This document shows positions 1 through 9,849 of a DNA stretch of 64,000 bases, piece after piece. Origin of the DNA: an uncultured Actinomycetes bacterium (GTDB taxonomy: Bacteria > Actinomycetota > Thermoleophilia > RBG-16-64-13); contig CAWHIX010000006.1 of NCBI GenBank assembly GCA_963829545.1, positions 65,097 to 129,096 on the forward strand, read 5' to 3'. How positions within the stretch are numbered: position 1 is the stretch's first letter; every line of letters starts with the position of its first letter. Below the pieces are notes generated by a model. That model searched no databases. It saw only the letters and a program-made list of their open reading frames with translations, and was not told the DNA's origin. Made by a program: the position numbers and the translations under genes.

Positions 1-855
1 GAGGTTCTTGAAATCGGGCACGTTCCCCGGGACGGCGGCGGTCGCCGTATCCGACCCCAGGGGGCAACTCAGTTCCTTCTCCTCCACCGTGGCTCCCGGA
101 GGGGCAGGCACCGTGAAGATATCCTCGGCGATGGGATCGTAGGAAACCTTGGTGAATCCCGCGAAGAGCACGGCTTCGGTGGCACCGCGGCCGAACACCT
201 CGAGCTGCAGAGGGACGAACGTCTCTCCGTCGATAGCTACCCGCAGCGAGCCGAAGAGCGACTTGTCAGAGTTCGGGGTCAGAGTCAGCAGGTAGCAGGG
301 GCGCCCGGCCACCGACTCCTGCCCGGTCACGGCCAGAGCGGCCGTCGGGGCCAACTTCTCCAGCGCGCCGGCGATGGAGGTCTGCAGGTCAGGGAGGGCC
401 GGCAGGGTATGGGGCGTGCTGTCTGCGGTCCCGCAGGCGCTGTCGGCGGGCAGGGTGTACTTGGTCAGCGAGTTCTCGGCCGAGTCGTAGACGGTGACGG
501 TCCTGCCGTCGAAGTAGATGCTCATGTCATTCCCAAGGCGTCCAAAGATGTCCACGCGCGCTTTCTCGCCCTCTATCCAGAGCCTTCCGCTGCCGCCCTG
601 GAGCAGGCCGCCCAAGCCCTCGCCGCCCAGATTCAGAGCACTCAACGGGCCGAGCAGATCGTTCGTGATGGTGAAGTCCCCGCTCACGGAGAGATCGCTC
701 TCCGGCACGCCGGCTACCTGGGCCAAGAGTTCGGCGGGGGTGAGGACCGGGAGTTCTTGACCCTGGGCGTACGCCTTGACCAGACCGAAGCTGAGTCCGG
801 CGATGACGATAACGGCCAGGAGGGATACAACTAGGATGTTCCGATGACGATGCAT
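1..855 (-). CDS. Secreted/anchored LolA-fold (lipoprotein-sorting-like, DUF4367/RseB-like) protein; N-terminal part only, C-terminus lies beyond window start
   Basis: Reverse-complement translation from ATG at 853-855 gives MHRHRNILVVSLLAVIVIAGLSFGLVKAYAQG... (signal/anchor), then a beta-rich domain, read through to position 1 without a stop. It is absent from the ORF track because it is truncated. Family assignment is from memory of LolA-like proteins next to two-component systems. Confidence 0.5.
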   Translation of the reverse strand, partial: MHRHRNILVVSLLAVIVIAGLSFGLVKAYAQGQELPVLTPAELLAQVAGVPESDLSVSGDFTITNDLLGPLSALNLGGEGLGGLLQGGSGRLWIEGEKARVDIFGRLGNDMSIYFDGRTVTVYDSAENSLTKYTLPADSACGTADSTPHTLPALPDLQTSIAGALEKLAPTAALAVTGQESVAGRPCYLLTLTPNSDKSLFGSLRVAIDGETFVPLQLEVFGRGATEAVLFAGFTKVSYDPIAEDIFTVPAPPGATVEEKELSCPLGSDTATAAVPGNVPDFKNL

Positions 856-1125
856 GGGTCACTCCTTCCCGCGGCGGTTCGCCGCAGATGTGAGGAGCAC
901 TTTACCACGCTCCCAGTCGGGGAGACGGCTACACCTGATGGGGCTGGGGACGGGGTGCTCCAGACGCGGATTTCACGCGTTCAGGATTCTTTCAGGTGGG
1001 TGGTGGCATCATACCGTCATGGAGTCACACAGCATTGCTCAACCCCCCTCCTGAGCTGTGGCCCCAACCCTGTCCGGTGATGTCCGACCCTAACGGGAAG
1101 GACATCACCACGCCCACACGGCGGA

Positions 1126-1152
1126 GACGGCGTTTGCGGCGTTCGGATAATC
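1126..1152. promoter_or_regulatory. Perfect 12-bp inverted repeat GCGGCGTTCGGA-TAA-TCCGAACGCCGC in the divergent intergenic region between the LolA-like gene and the response regulator
   Basis: Read directly from sequence; palindromic operator-like site or hairpin in a shared divergent promoter region. Confidence 0.4.
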
Positions 1153-1286
1153 CGAACGCCGCGCCCGCCGTGTGATTCTCAGCCAAAGCCCCCAGCGCTT
1201 CTCGGCTTGCGGCCTTCATGCTGCCTGAACGCGCTCCCTACGAGGAACTTGTCCACACGCGTCCGGGGGGCGATACTACGGGCACC

Positions 1287-1955
1287 ATGATGGAACCTCG
1301 CATCTTCGTCCTCGAAGACGACCCGCAAATGCGCTCTTTGCTCGTCCGCGGCATCCGCGAAGAAGGCTACGAGGTGGATGGTTACGCGACGGGTTCCGAC
1401 CTGCTACGCCGGATCGCCGACGTGGTCCCCGATCTTCTCATCATCGACATCGGTCTGCCCGACACCGACGGGCGGGACGTGTGCCAGGCCATCCGCGCCC
1501 AAGGGGTGACCTCGCCCGTGCTCTTCCTGACCGCGCGCGATTCGCTTTCCGACCGCCTGTCGGGCTTTCGTGTAGGCGGGGACGACTACGTGACCAAACC
1601 GTTCGCCTTTGCGGAATTGCTCGCCCGTGTGGAAGCTCTGGTGCGCCGCGGGGGCACAGAGCGGGGCGTGGAGGCGGGGGGGCTGGTCCTCGACCCGGCG
1701 AAACACGCCGTATCGTGCGGCAAGGTGACGGTCCCGCTCACTCCCACCGAGTTCCGGTTGCTGGCCAAATTGGCCGCGGCTCCCGGGGAGGCAGTGCGCC
1801 GCAAGGCCCTGGTGGAGACGGCCTGGCCCCACGGAGCCATCGTCTACGACAACACCCTGGACGCCTACATCGCCAGGTTGAGGCGCAAGGTCTGCTCGCT
1901 GGCCGGCGCTCCGCAGATCGTGACCGTACGCGGCGTGGGCTACTCGCTCAAGTAG
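1287..1955 (+). CDS. OmpR/PhoB-family response regulator (receiver + winged-helix)
   Basis: ORF 1218..1955. Receiver motifs FVLEDDP...LLIIDIGLPDTDG...VLFLTAR...KPF and a C-terminal winged-helix (TVRGVGY). Start likely at the internal MMEPRIFVLEDD (1287). Confidence 0.9.
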   Translation: MMEPRIFVLEDDPQMRSLLVRGIREEGYEVDGYATGSDLLRRIADVVPDLLIIDIGLPDTDGRDVCQAIRAQGVTSPVLFLTARDSLSDRLSGFRVGGDDYVTKPFAFAELLARVEALVRRGGTERGVEAGGLVLDPAKHAVSCGKVTVPLTPTEFRLLAKLAAAPGEAVRRKALVETAWPHGAIVYDNTLDAYIARLRRKVCSLAGAPQIVTVRGVGYSLK

Positions 1956-1986
1956 GGACGGATGAAGCCGCCATCAAGGACATAGC

Positions 1987-3351
1987 ATGAGGCGGTGGTT
2001 CTCGCGTATGGGGGTGCGCGACCGCCTTCTTCTGGCCGTCCTGGTGACGGTGGCCGCGGCGCTGGTCACCATGACCGTGGTTCTCAACTTCGTCCTCATC
2101 ACAAGCTTGAACGCCGATGTCGACGAGCGGCTGCAGACCATGGCCACCGACATGAGCCGCAACATCAGGATCTCCGGGGGACAGGTGAGCCTTCCCCGGC
2201 CCAGCGGTGACATCAAGGAGTTGGGGTCGCAGATCTGGGTGTTCGTCGGTGGCTATACGGTCACGGCTCCCGCGGTCGACCCGGCCATCGCGGAGGCGGC
2301 CCGCCAACTGGATGGGCAGGCGGCCCAGTTCGTCGATGTTCCCGAGCAAGAGGTGCGGCTGTACGGGATCCCCCTCTACTCCGGCGGGGAACGTATCGGC
2401 ACGATCGTCTCCGGTCTATCCACAGCCTCGTACCGGCAGAACAAGAACGTCACCCTGCTGGGTACCGTCACCTTCACGGCCGTGCTGCTCATCATCGTGG
2501 GCTTCGCGGCACGGTGGCTCCTCAACTCGGCCTTCCGGCCCATGGTAAGGATGACCGGCGAGGCGGAGGCTTGGACTACCGAAGACCTCGACCGGCGCTT
2601 CGATCTGGGGCCGCCTCACGACGAACTCACTCAGTTGGCCTACACACTCGACGGCATGCTCGACCGTTTGGCGACCAGTCTACGGCGGGAGCAGCGCTTC
2701 TCGGCCGAGGTCTCTCACCAGCTGCGTACGCCCGTGGCCAAGATCAAGGCAGAGGCAGAGCTGGCCCTGCGGCGCGAGCGGCCGGCGGATTACTACCAGG
2801 AGGCGCTTGGCTCGGTTCTCTACAGCGCTGACCAGATGGCGCGCACGGTCGAAGCCCTCCTGGCGGCGTCCCAGGAAGAGGGAAGCCTGGCTCGGGGACG
2901 GGCCGAGGTGTGGCAGGTGATCGCCGATGTAGTCAGCTCCATAGGGGTGCTCGCCGAAGAGAACGAGGTGGAGGTGCGCGTGAGACCTCCCGCGCGCGAT
3001 CTGCGCGTGGGTGTGGAACGCGACATCGCCGTGCAGATCCTGGCGCCCGTAGTCGAGAATGCCTGCCGCTTCGCTCGTTCGGACGTGCTCCTGTCCGCCA
3101 CTCGCAAGGGTACGGAGGTGCACTTCGTGGTGGAGGACGACGGTCCCGGAGTGGCCGAGGAAGAGAGCGAGAAGATCTTCGAGCCGGGGGTCCGTGGTTC
3201 GGCCTCCGGTAACGGCGGCAACCGCTCGCGAGGCGTCGGCCTGGGTCTCCCCCTGTCGCGGCGCCTGGCCAGAGCCGCCTCCGGCGACGTCGAACTGGCG
3301 ACGGGTCATCGCGGAGCCCGCTTCCTGGTGCGCCTACCTACGGGCAGGTAG
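1987..3351 (+). CDS. Sensor histidine kinase (TM, HAMP, HisKA H-box SHQLRTP, HATPase_c)
   Basis: 454-aa ORF immediately downstream of the RR. H-box EVSHQLRTPVAKIKAEAELAL; G-boxes DDGPGV...GVGLGL. Confidence 0.9.
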   Translation: MRRWFSRMGVRDRLLLAVLVTVAAALVTMTVVLNFVLITSLNADVDERLQTMATDMSRNIRISGGQVSLPRPSGDIKELGSQIWVFVGGYTVTAPAVDPAIAEAARQLDGQAAQFVDVPEQEVRLYGIPLYSGGERIGTIVSGLSTASYRQNKNVTLLGTVTFTAVLLIIVGFAARWLLNSAFRPMVRMTGEAEAWTTEDLDRRFDLGPPHDELTQLAYTLDGMLDRLATSLRREQRFSAEVSHQLRTPVAKIKAEAELALRRERPADYYQEALGSVLYSADQMARTVEALLAASQEEGSLARGRAEVWQVIADVVSSIGVLAEENEVEVRVRPPARDLRVGVERDIAVQILAPVVENACRFARSDVLLSATRKGTEVHFVVEDDGPGVAEEESEKIFEPGVRGSASGNGGNRSRGVGLGLPLSRRLARAASGDVELATGHRGARFLVRLPTGR

Positions 3352-3429
3352 CAGCGGGAGGCGCCGCCGGCACCGCCGCCGGCGCCTTGTAGCGGGGCGG
3401 GCCGTCAGACGCGTCTGGTCCGCAGGGGC

Positions 3430-6147
3430 TCAGCGGTACCAGAGGATGTGGTTGGCCTCCAGCGGCACCATCGCCTCGGGGTGAAAGGGCACGACCCTGG
3501 GCGTGAAGTCGTCGAGCGGCCGCGGGCTGACCAACGAAAGCACGTAGGTGCGCCGGTTTCCCGCGGCGCCTTTCGTAGGCTCCGTTGCCGTGACGGCGAC
3601 GAATGGATGGATCTCGGGCGGCGTGACCGGTCCGCCTGGCGGCAATGCCGCCTCGCCCTGGGGGCCGGCCAAGCCGGCAGTCGCCAAGGGTTCAGCGTAG
3701 AGCTCGACTCTTATCGCCTCCGGCGGCACGGAGCCCAGCTCCAGCTCCACAGACAGCGTGCACGCGCCGCCATCCGGGGGCGGTGCGGTGGTGACCTGGC
3801 AGTCGACGAAGCTGATCTCGCACCATCTCTCGTCGAGTAGGCCGCGCCAGTTCTCGATGTGGGCGGCGGTGGGCGACGCATCGTGCACCCGGGTATCCAG
3901 GCCGGCGACTGGGCCAGAGCCCGCGCCCACCCGCCTGCGGTACGCGGCTGTGGTGGGCAGGTAGTAGCGGTCGATGTACTGCTCGAGCATCCTGTTGGCC
4001 GAGAAGTAGGGGGCCAGTCGGGCCATGCTCTCCCTCACCCGCTCTATCCAGCGTCGCGGAAGCCCCTGCTCGTCTCGGTCGTAGAACTCGGGGATGAGCT
4101 CGTTCTCGATGAGATCGTAGAGTCGCTCGGCCTCCACCGCATCCCAGGCCGGATCGGAGTCGTGCTCCAGCATGTCGCCCAGAGCCCAGCCGACCTCGGG
4201 AGAGTAGGCCTCGGCCCACCAGCCGTCGAGCTCGGAGAGGTTCAGCCCCCCGTTCACGAGCACCTTCATGCCGCTGGTGCCGCTGGCTTCCCAGGGGCGC
4301 CGGGGCGTGTTGATCCAGACGTCGACGCCGTGCACCAAGTGCTCGGCGATGCCCATGTCGTAGTCGACGAGGAACAGGATGTGAGGACGGACCGCGCAGC
4401 GCTGGATGAACTCGGTCCACTGCCGGATCATGGCCTTGCCGGCCGTGTCGGCCGGGTGCGCCTTCCCGGCCAGGACGAGCTGCACCTGGCTGGTCGGGTG
4501 ACACAGGATGCGCTCCAGCCGGTCGGCATCGTGAAGAAGGAGGTTCACCCGCTTGTAGCTGGTGAAGCGGCGTGCGAAACCGAGCGTGAGGATGGCGGGG
4601 TCGCAGAGGCAGGTGATTTCCGTGCCCATGGTCTCCAAGCTCCCCGCAACCGGACCCTGCCGCCGCACGTGTTCGCGGGCGGCGTGGATGAGCTTCGTGC
4701 GGTTCTTCTCGCGGAAGTCCCACAGTTCCTCGTCACTGATGGAGCGGATCTTGTCCCCCAGTTCGGTCACTCCATCCAGCCACCGTTCCTTACCGCAGTA
4801 CTTCGTCCACAGAGCGTCGGCCTCGGGCGAATCCCAGGAGGGAACGTGCACCCCGTTGGTGACGTGCCCCACCGGTACCTCTCGCGCCGGCCAGCGGGGG
4901 AAGAGCCGCTGGAAGAGCGAACGGCTCACCTCGCCGTGCAGTCTGCTCACTCCATTGACGGCGCCGCTGCCTCGGATGGCGAGGTAGGCCATGTTGAACG
5001 CCTCGTCTTGTTCTGCCGCGGCCCTTCCGTCCTGCACCGTCGGCTCGTCACACTGCCCCAAGGCCAGGAGGCGGGACTGGTCGATGCCGAGACTGGCGGC
5101 GTAGCCTCCCAGGTATTCCCCCACCAGACGAGACGGGAAGCGGTCGAAACCCGCCTCGACCGGGGTGTGGGTGGTGAAGAGGTTGCCCGCTCGTGTGGCG
5201 GTCAAGGCTACGTCGAAGTCGACCCCGTGGTCTTCCATGAAACAGCGGGCCCTTTCGAGGACGGCAAAGGCCGCATGGCCCTCGTTGAGATGGCAGACCT
5301 CGGGTTCCAGACCCAGTTCGCGCAGGACCTGCCAGCCGCCTATCCCCAGGATCATCTCCTGCTGGAGCCGCATCTCCGGACCGCCTCCGTAGAGCTCGCC
5401 GGTGAGGCCTCGGTCGGCAGGATTGTTGACCGGGCTGTTGGAATCGAGCAGATAGAGGCGGACCCTGCCGGCCTTGACCTCCCACACACGGAGGCGGACC
5501 ACACGGCGGGGGAACTGGAGGGATATGGTGAGCCATTCACCATCGTTGTCGCGTAATGGCACGATGGGTAGCTGACCGGGATCGTTGAAGGGGAAGAGCT
5601 CAATCTGCTCCCCCGTGGGGCTGAGCGCCTGCCGGAAGTACCCCTGCTGCCATAGAAGACCGACGCCCACGAGGGGCGCTCCCAGATCGCTGGCGGCTTT
5701 GAGGAAGTCGCCGGCCAGGATGCCCAGGCCGCCGCTGTAGATGGGCAGAGCTTCGCTGAGCCCGAACTCCATGCTGAAGTAGGCGATGAGTCCCGGGACC
5801 GCGACATCTCCCGCCCCCTTGCTCTCGCTGCCAGCAGGGGCAGGGGAGGCTGGATAGGCCTTGGAGAACCAGGAGGGAGCTTCCAGGGTTCTCTGTCGCT
5901 CGTCCACGTGACGCTCGACGAGCCTCAGGAAATCCGGGTCGGCGGCGAACCCCTCCAGACGGGTCTGAGCGATGGTTTGCAGGATATGCCAAGGATTGTG
6001 GGTGCTCTCCCACAGCTCGGGGTCGAGCTGCTCCCACACTTCGTCCACCGCGTGGCTCCACGACCAGCGGAGATCGAGAGCCATGTCGACCAGTCCCTCG
6101 AGGCCCGAGGGAAGGACGGGGAGCGTATTGCGTGACTGGGCCCTCAA
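3430..6147 (-). CDS. glgP: Alpha-glucan (glycogen/maltodextrin) phosphorylase, GT35, bacterial alpha-glucan family
   Basis: 905-aa ORF. Motif EFGLSEALPIYSGGLGILAGDFLKAASDLGAPLVGVGLLWQQGYF is typical of the alpha-glucan phosphorylase family, with a PLP-domain length and a C-terminal extension. Confidence 0.9.
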   Translation of the reverse strand: MRAQSRNTLPVLPSGLEGLVDMALDLRWSWSHAVDEVWEQLDPELWESTHNPWHILQTIAQTRLEGFAADPDFLRLVERHVDERQRTLEAPSWFSKAYPASPAPAGSESKGAGDVAVPGLIAYFSMEFGLSEALPIYSGGLGILAGDFLKAASDLGAPLVGVGLLWQQGYFRQALSPTGEQIELFPFNDPGQLPIVPLRDNDGEWLTISLQFPRRVVRLRVWEVKAGRVRLYLLDSNSPVNNPADRGLTGELYGGGPEMRLQQEMILGIGGWQVLRELGLEPEVCHLNEGHAAFAVLERARCFMEDHGVDFDVALTATRAGNLFTTHTPVEAGFDRFPSRLVGEYLGGYAASLGIDQSRLLALGQCDEPTVQDGRAAAEQDEAFNMAYLAIRGSGAVNGVSRLHGEVSRSLFQRLFPRWPAREVPVGHVTNGVHVPSWDSPEADALWTKYCGKERWLDGVTELGDKIRSISDEELWDFREKNRTKLIHAAREHVRRQGPVAGSLETMGTEITCLCDPAILTLGFARRFTSYKRVNLLLHDADRLERILCHPTSQVQLVLAGKAHPADTAGKAMIRQWTEFIQRCAVRPHILFLVDYDMGIAEHLVHGVDVWINTPRRPWEASGTSGMKVLVNGGLNLSELDGWWAEAYSPEVGWALGDMLEHDSDPAWDAVEAERLYDLIENELIPEFYDRDEQGLPRRWIERVRESMARLAPYFSANRMLEQYIDRYYLPTTAAYRRRVGAGSGPVAGLDTRVHDASPTAAHIENWRGLLDERWCEISFVDCQVTTAPPPDGGACTLSVELELGSVPPEAIRVELYAEPLATAGLAGPQGEAALPPGGPVTPPEIHPFVAVTATEPTKGAAGNRRTYVLSLVSPRPLDDFTPRVVPFHPEAMVPLEANHILWYR

Positions 6148-6288
6148 TCCGGTCCTCCTTAGACTACAGAGACCCTGCGTACGACAGCCATCACTCTAGC
6201 TCAAACCGGCCTCGCGCTGTTGCCGGGCGATCTCGACTCGATCCGACGCGCGTGCCCCATATCTGCCCCAACGGGTACACTCGTGAAC

Positions 6289-8646
6289 ATGTCAGGTCTC
6301 GGCAGACAGACCTCCTCACTCGTCGACCGGCTTGCCGGGCTCTACGGGCTCGAGACCGGCTATCGAGACTCGCGCGGGACATGGCGAGAAGTAGCTCCCT
6401 GCACGGTGATGGCCGTACTGCGGGCGTTGGGTGCCGACCTGGAATCGGCTGCCGTAGAAGAGGATAGGCGGGGGCCGCACACCGAGACGCGGCGTGAGCG
6501 GGCCCTGGCGGCCGCCGTGGAGGCGCGGGAGCGGGAACTGGGCGGCCGCCTTCTGGAGCCCGTGCTCCTGGCTTGGGACGGCCGACCACCGTCTCTGGCC
6601 ATACGCCTTCCGGACCTCTCGCGCGGAAGGCTGGGGCAGGGCCGCGAAGCCCGCCTGGCCAGGTTGACTCTGCGCCTGGAGGACGGGGATTCCACCGTCG
6701 TCGACCTCGACCTTGCTCAGTTCGCCGCCGGTCGCCGCCGGAACGGCGCCGACCCGGAAGCATCCGGGACGCAGAACTACCTCATTCCCCCTTCGACCTG
6801 GGCCGCCCGGCTGTGCGCGGCCCGGGGGGGCGACCGCGCCCACCCGGGCGCCGGCGGGGAGTGCCCGGCTCCGGCCGGGAAGGCGCTGCCGCTCGGGTAT
6901 CACCGTCTCACGGTCGAGGTGGCAGGCAGGGTGGGCGACGCGCTGGTCATCGCCGCTCCTCGGCGGTGCTTCAGTTCGCCCGGACTGGGCCGTGGCGCCT
7001 CCCCTGGCGCGCCGCCGGCGTGGGGTATCTTCGCCCCCGTCTACGCCCTTCGCAGCGAGCGCGACTGGGGGGCCGGGGACCTGGACGAACTGGACAACCT
7101 GGCCCGGCAGGTGCACAAGGCCGGAGGTTCGTTCGTGGCCACGTTGCCTCTTCTGGCCGGGTATCTCGACGATCCCTTCGAACCGGCACCCTACCGGCCC
7201 GTAAGCCGCCTCTTCTGGAACGAGTTCTTCCTGGCTCCCGAACGCATCCAGGGATTCGGGTCCTGCGAAAGAGCGCAGGGTCTCTGGGCTTCATCCTCCT
7301 TCCAGAAACGACTCGCGGCCCTGAGGGCGGGGCGTTTGGTCGACTACAAAGAGACGATGGCTCTCAAGCGGGCCGTGTTGGAAGAGCTGGCGGCGGGTTT
7401 CTTCGCCCGCGGGGAAGACCGACGCAACCAGGCGTTCAGGTCGTATCTGGGGGCGCACCCCGAAGCCGAGCACTACGCAGCCTTTCGGGAGGGAGTTGAG
7501 AGCTGCGGGACTGACTGGCGCGACTGGACAGATCAGGGCTCGGCCCTGCGGGCCGAGCGCCTCGGGAAGGGAGACGCTCCCACCTCCCCGCTGCAGAGCC
7601 CCGTGGGCCGCTACCACCTCTACTGCCAGTGGCAGGCGGAAGCGCAACTGGCGGCAGTGGCCGCGTCTCCCTCTTCCTGTGGGCTGTTCCCCGACCTCCC
7701 CGTGGGCGTCCACCCCGGCGGGTACGACACGTGGCGCTGGCACCGTCTTTTCGTACACGGCGTATCCACGGGGGCACCCCCTGACTCCTTCTTTGCCCTG
7801 GGCCAGGACTGGGACTTCCCTCCTCCCCAGCCCGAACGGGCGCGCGAAGCCGGCCACCAGTACTTCGCGGCCTGTCTGCGGCATCACATGCGTCACGCCG
7901 ACGTCCTGCGCGTCGATCACATCATGGGGCTGCACAGGCTTTGGGTCATCCCGACCGGCTTGCCGGCGAGCGACGGCGTCTACCTGAGGTACCCGGCCGA
8001 GGAACTGTACGCCGTGCTGGCCCTGGAGTCGGAGCGCAGCCGTACGGTGGTGGTGGGGGAAGATCTGGGGACGGTGCCGCTGGGAGTCCGTTCCACCATG
8101 CGCAGGCGCGGCGTGCTGCGCACCTGGGTCTTTCAGATGTCGTTGCGGCCTCGGGCAGCGGTCCCGGTGGGCGACATCCCCTCCCACTCGCTCAGCAGCC
8201 TCAACACCCACGACATGTGCCCCCTCGCCGGTTTTCTCAGCGGGGGGGACATAGCAGCTCGGGTCGAGACCGGGCAGTTGGCAGCCGCGGACGCTCCCCG
8301 GCAAGCCGACGCCCGTGACAAGCTCCGGGTCAGACTCACCCACTTCCTCGCGGTGCCCGAACGTAGCGGGCTTGGAGGTGGGCCGACGGAGGGCCGTGTC
8401 CACGATCCGGCGCAGCGAGCGGAAGTCGCCCTCCTACGTTCAGCTCTCCTGCACATGATGCGCAGCGCGACGAGCCTCGTGCTCGTGAACCTCGAAGACC
8501 TCCTCTTCGAGACCCAGCCGCAGAATCTCCCCGGCACGGGAGCGGAGCGGCCGAATTGGAGACGCAAGCTGCGGGCAGGGGAGACGGAGGTCAGAGAAGC
8601 CATCGAAACGGTTGCGAGGTGGTTGCGGCCTCCCGAGAGGCTCTGA
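6289..8646 (+). CDS. malQ: 4-alpha-glucanotransferase (amylomaltase, GH77)
   Basis: ORF 6220..8646. Internal start MSGLGRQTSSLVDRLAGLYGLETGYRDSRG matches the actinobacterial MalQ N-terminus. GH77 core DWGAGDLDELDNLARQVHKAGGSFVATLPLL...RVDHIMGLHRLW. Confidence 0.85.
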   Translation: MSGLGRQTSSLVDRLAGLYGLETGYRDSRGTWREVAPCTVMAVLRALGADLESAAVEEDRRGPHTETRRERALAAAVEARERELGGRLLEPVLLAWDGRPPSLAIRLPDLSRGRLGQGREARLARLTLRLEDGDSTVVDLDLAQFAAGRRRNGADPEASGTQNYLIPPSTWAARLCAARGGDRAHPGAGGECPAPAGKALPLGYHRLTVEVAGRVGDALVIAAPRRCFSSPGLGRGASPGAPPAWGIFAPVYALRSERDWGAGDLDELDNLARQVHKAGGSFVATLPLLAGYLDDPFEPAPYRPVSRLFWNEFFLAPERIQGFGSCERAQGLWASSSFQKRLAALRAGRLVDYKETMALKRAVLEELAAGFFARGEDRRNQAFRSYLGAHPEAEHYAAFREGVESCGTDWRDWTDQGSALRAERLGKGDAPTSPLQSPVGRYHLYCQWQAEAQLAAVAASPSSCGLFPDLPVGVHPGGYDTWRWHRLFVHGVSTGAPPDSFFALGQDWDFPPPQPERAREAGHQYFAACLRHHMRHADVLRVDHIMGLHRLWVIPTGLPASDGVYLRYPAEELYAVLALESERSRTVVVGEDLGTVPLGVRSTMRRRGVLRTWVFQMSLRPRAAVPVGDIPSHSLSSLNTHDMCPLAGFLSGGDIAARVETGQLAAADAPRQADARDKLRVRLTHFLAVPERSGLGGGPTEGRVHDPAQRAEVALLRSALLHMMRSATSLVLVNLEDLLFETQPQNLPGTGAERPNWRRKLRAGETEVREAIETVARWLRPPERL

Positions 8647-8653
8647 GAGGCTG

Positions 8654-9715
8654 CTAGCCTCCAAGCTGTCGTACTAGGGTGATGGCCGCGTTCACCTCGC
8701 GTGCCCCGGGGTTCCTCTCGTGCGCCTCCAGCAGGAACGCGAGGGCGACGTCGGCCAACTGGGCCGGCGTCATCGTCCGATAGAGATGCGCCGAATCGGG
8801 AGCCCCGTAGGGCGGCCAAAGCGATCCATCGATTTCCCCGATCGTACCTGCTCTCGCTTGTTCCTCGGTCAGCCATGTCCAGTCCTGCAGTCCCGGGACA
8901 GAGGCGAGCCAAGCCGTGTACCGGGTCTCGGGGAGCGCATCCCCCGGCACGGCCGCGCCGGAGGCCACGATCATCATGTTCAGGGCGGCGATCCCCGCCC
9001 GATAGCGCAGCGACCAGGCAGCGGGCTCCTTATCCGCGGCCCGCTCGTAGGCTGCCAGCGCGAGCGCCAGATCGTCGAGGACGGCCGGCATGCCCGCCGC
9101 GGGGCGGCCGGCAGCCGCCGCGGCGTAGATGGCGGCTTGAGTGGCGAAGGGACCGGGGTCTCCCGGCCAGAACCAGGCGGCCGAACTCGCGCGCGCGGCG
9201 GCACCCACTCCGTCTGTCTCGGCCAGCGCCCGAGCCGATCTCTGGAACTGAAGCGACAGGTAGGGAGGCACCGCACCGATGATCACCAGCACGGACACCG
9301 TCAGCAGCACGATCCGGAACGTCTGCGACAGCAGGCCCGCCGGCCGCAGGCGTTCGACGCTTCTCTGTTTGCGCGCTTCGCGGCGCCGACGTCTCCTCCA
9401 CTTGGCGACGTGCTGATCGGACCGGCGCACGCCGAAGACCCCTGAATCGCCCGGCTCCGGCTCCCGGCGCCGAAGGACGGGCGCCACCTCCAGAACGACC
9501 TCCCCGTCGTCCGCCTCAGCGTCGTTTTCCCCTCCGCGGGCACCCACCCTGAGCCACTTCTCCCATCGGGGCCACATGGTTCCCACCCGGGCCTCGGTGG
9601 CCGCCAGCCCGGCGGCCAGTAACAGAAGGGCGGGAATGGCCACCGAGGTGATCTGCCACAGCCGGTCGAAGCCGGCGTGGATGAGCCAGTACGCCAGAGC
9701 CGCCAACACCGCCAT
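8654..9715 (-). CDS. Membrane-anchored alpha-helical domain protein; probably the 3' continuation of the upstream O-antigen-ligase family gene after a frameshift
   Basis: The frame of ORF 8654..10006 is protein-like only from about MAVLAALAYWLIHAGFDRLWQI. It has two TM helices, an Arg-rich linker, another TM helix, then an Ala-rich helical domain. Its N-terminal 90 aa are W/R/C-rich junk. Confidence 0.4.
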   Translation of the reverse strand: MAVLAALAYWLIHAGFDRLWQITSVAIPALLLLAAGLAATEARVGTMWPRWEKWLRVGARGGENDAEADDGEVVLEVAPVLRRREPEPGDSGVFGVRRSDQHVAKWRRRRRREARKQRSVERLRPAGLLSQTFRIVLLTVSVLVIIGAVPPYLSLQFQRSARALAETDGVGAAARASSAAWFWPGDPGPFATQAAIYAAAAAGRPAAGMPAVLDDLALALAAYERAADKEPAAWSLRYRAGIAALNMMIVASGAAVPGDALPETRYTAWLASVPGLQDWTWLTEEQARAGTIGEIDGSLWPPYGAPDSAHLYRTMTPAQLADVALAFLLEAHERNPGAREVNAAITLVRQLGG

Positions 9716-9849
9716 CTCCCAGCCGTAGGCGCGGGCATCCTCGCCCCAGCGGGGGTTGCAGAAGCGCGACCCCTCGCACGCGACTCCCGGATAGAAGAGC
9801 CTGGCCGGGAAGCCGGAGCCACTTCTGCCGGGCGTGGCGCCAGGCGGCG

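Noticed and set aside
409-862. Overlapping ORFs 409..834 (+), 518..760 (+) and 527..862 (-)
   Set aside because: All are alternate frames of the truncated LolA-like gene; the minus-strand frame from 855 downward is the one with a protein-like translation.
3859-5556. 565-aa plus-strand ORF antisense to glgP, and similar long antisense or alternate-frame ORFs (7291..8403, 11150..12634, 19186..20565, 22495..23523, 46407..48122, 50227..51180, 52115..53260, 60559..62301)
   Set aside because: At 70% GC, stop-free antisense frames are expected. Their translations are Arg/Gly/Pro/His-rich with no domain-like pattern, and each overlaps a well-supported gene on the other strand.
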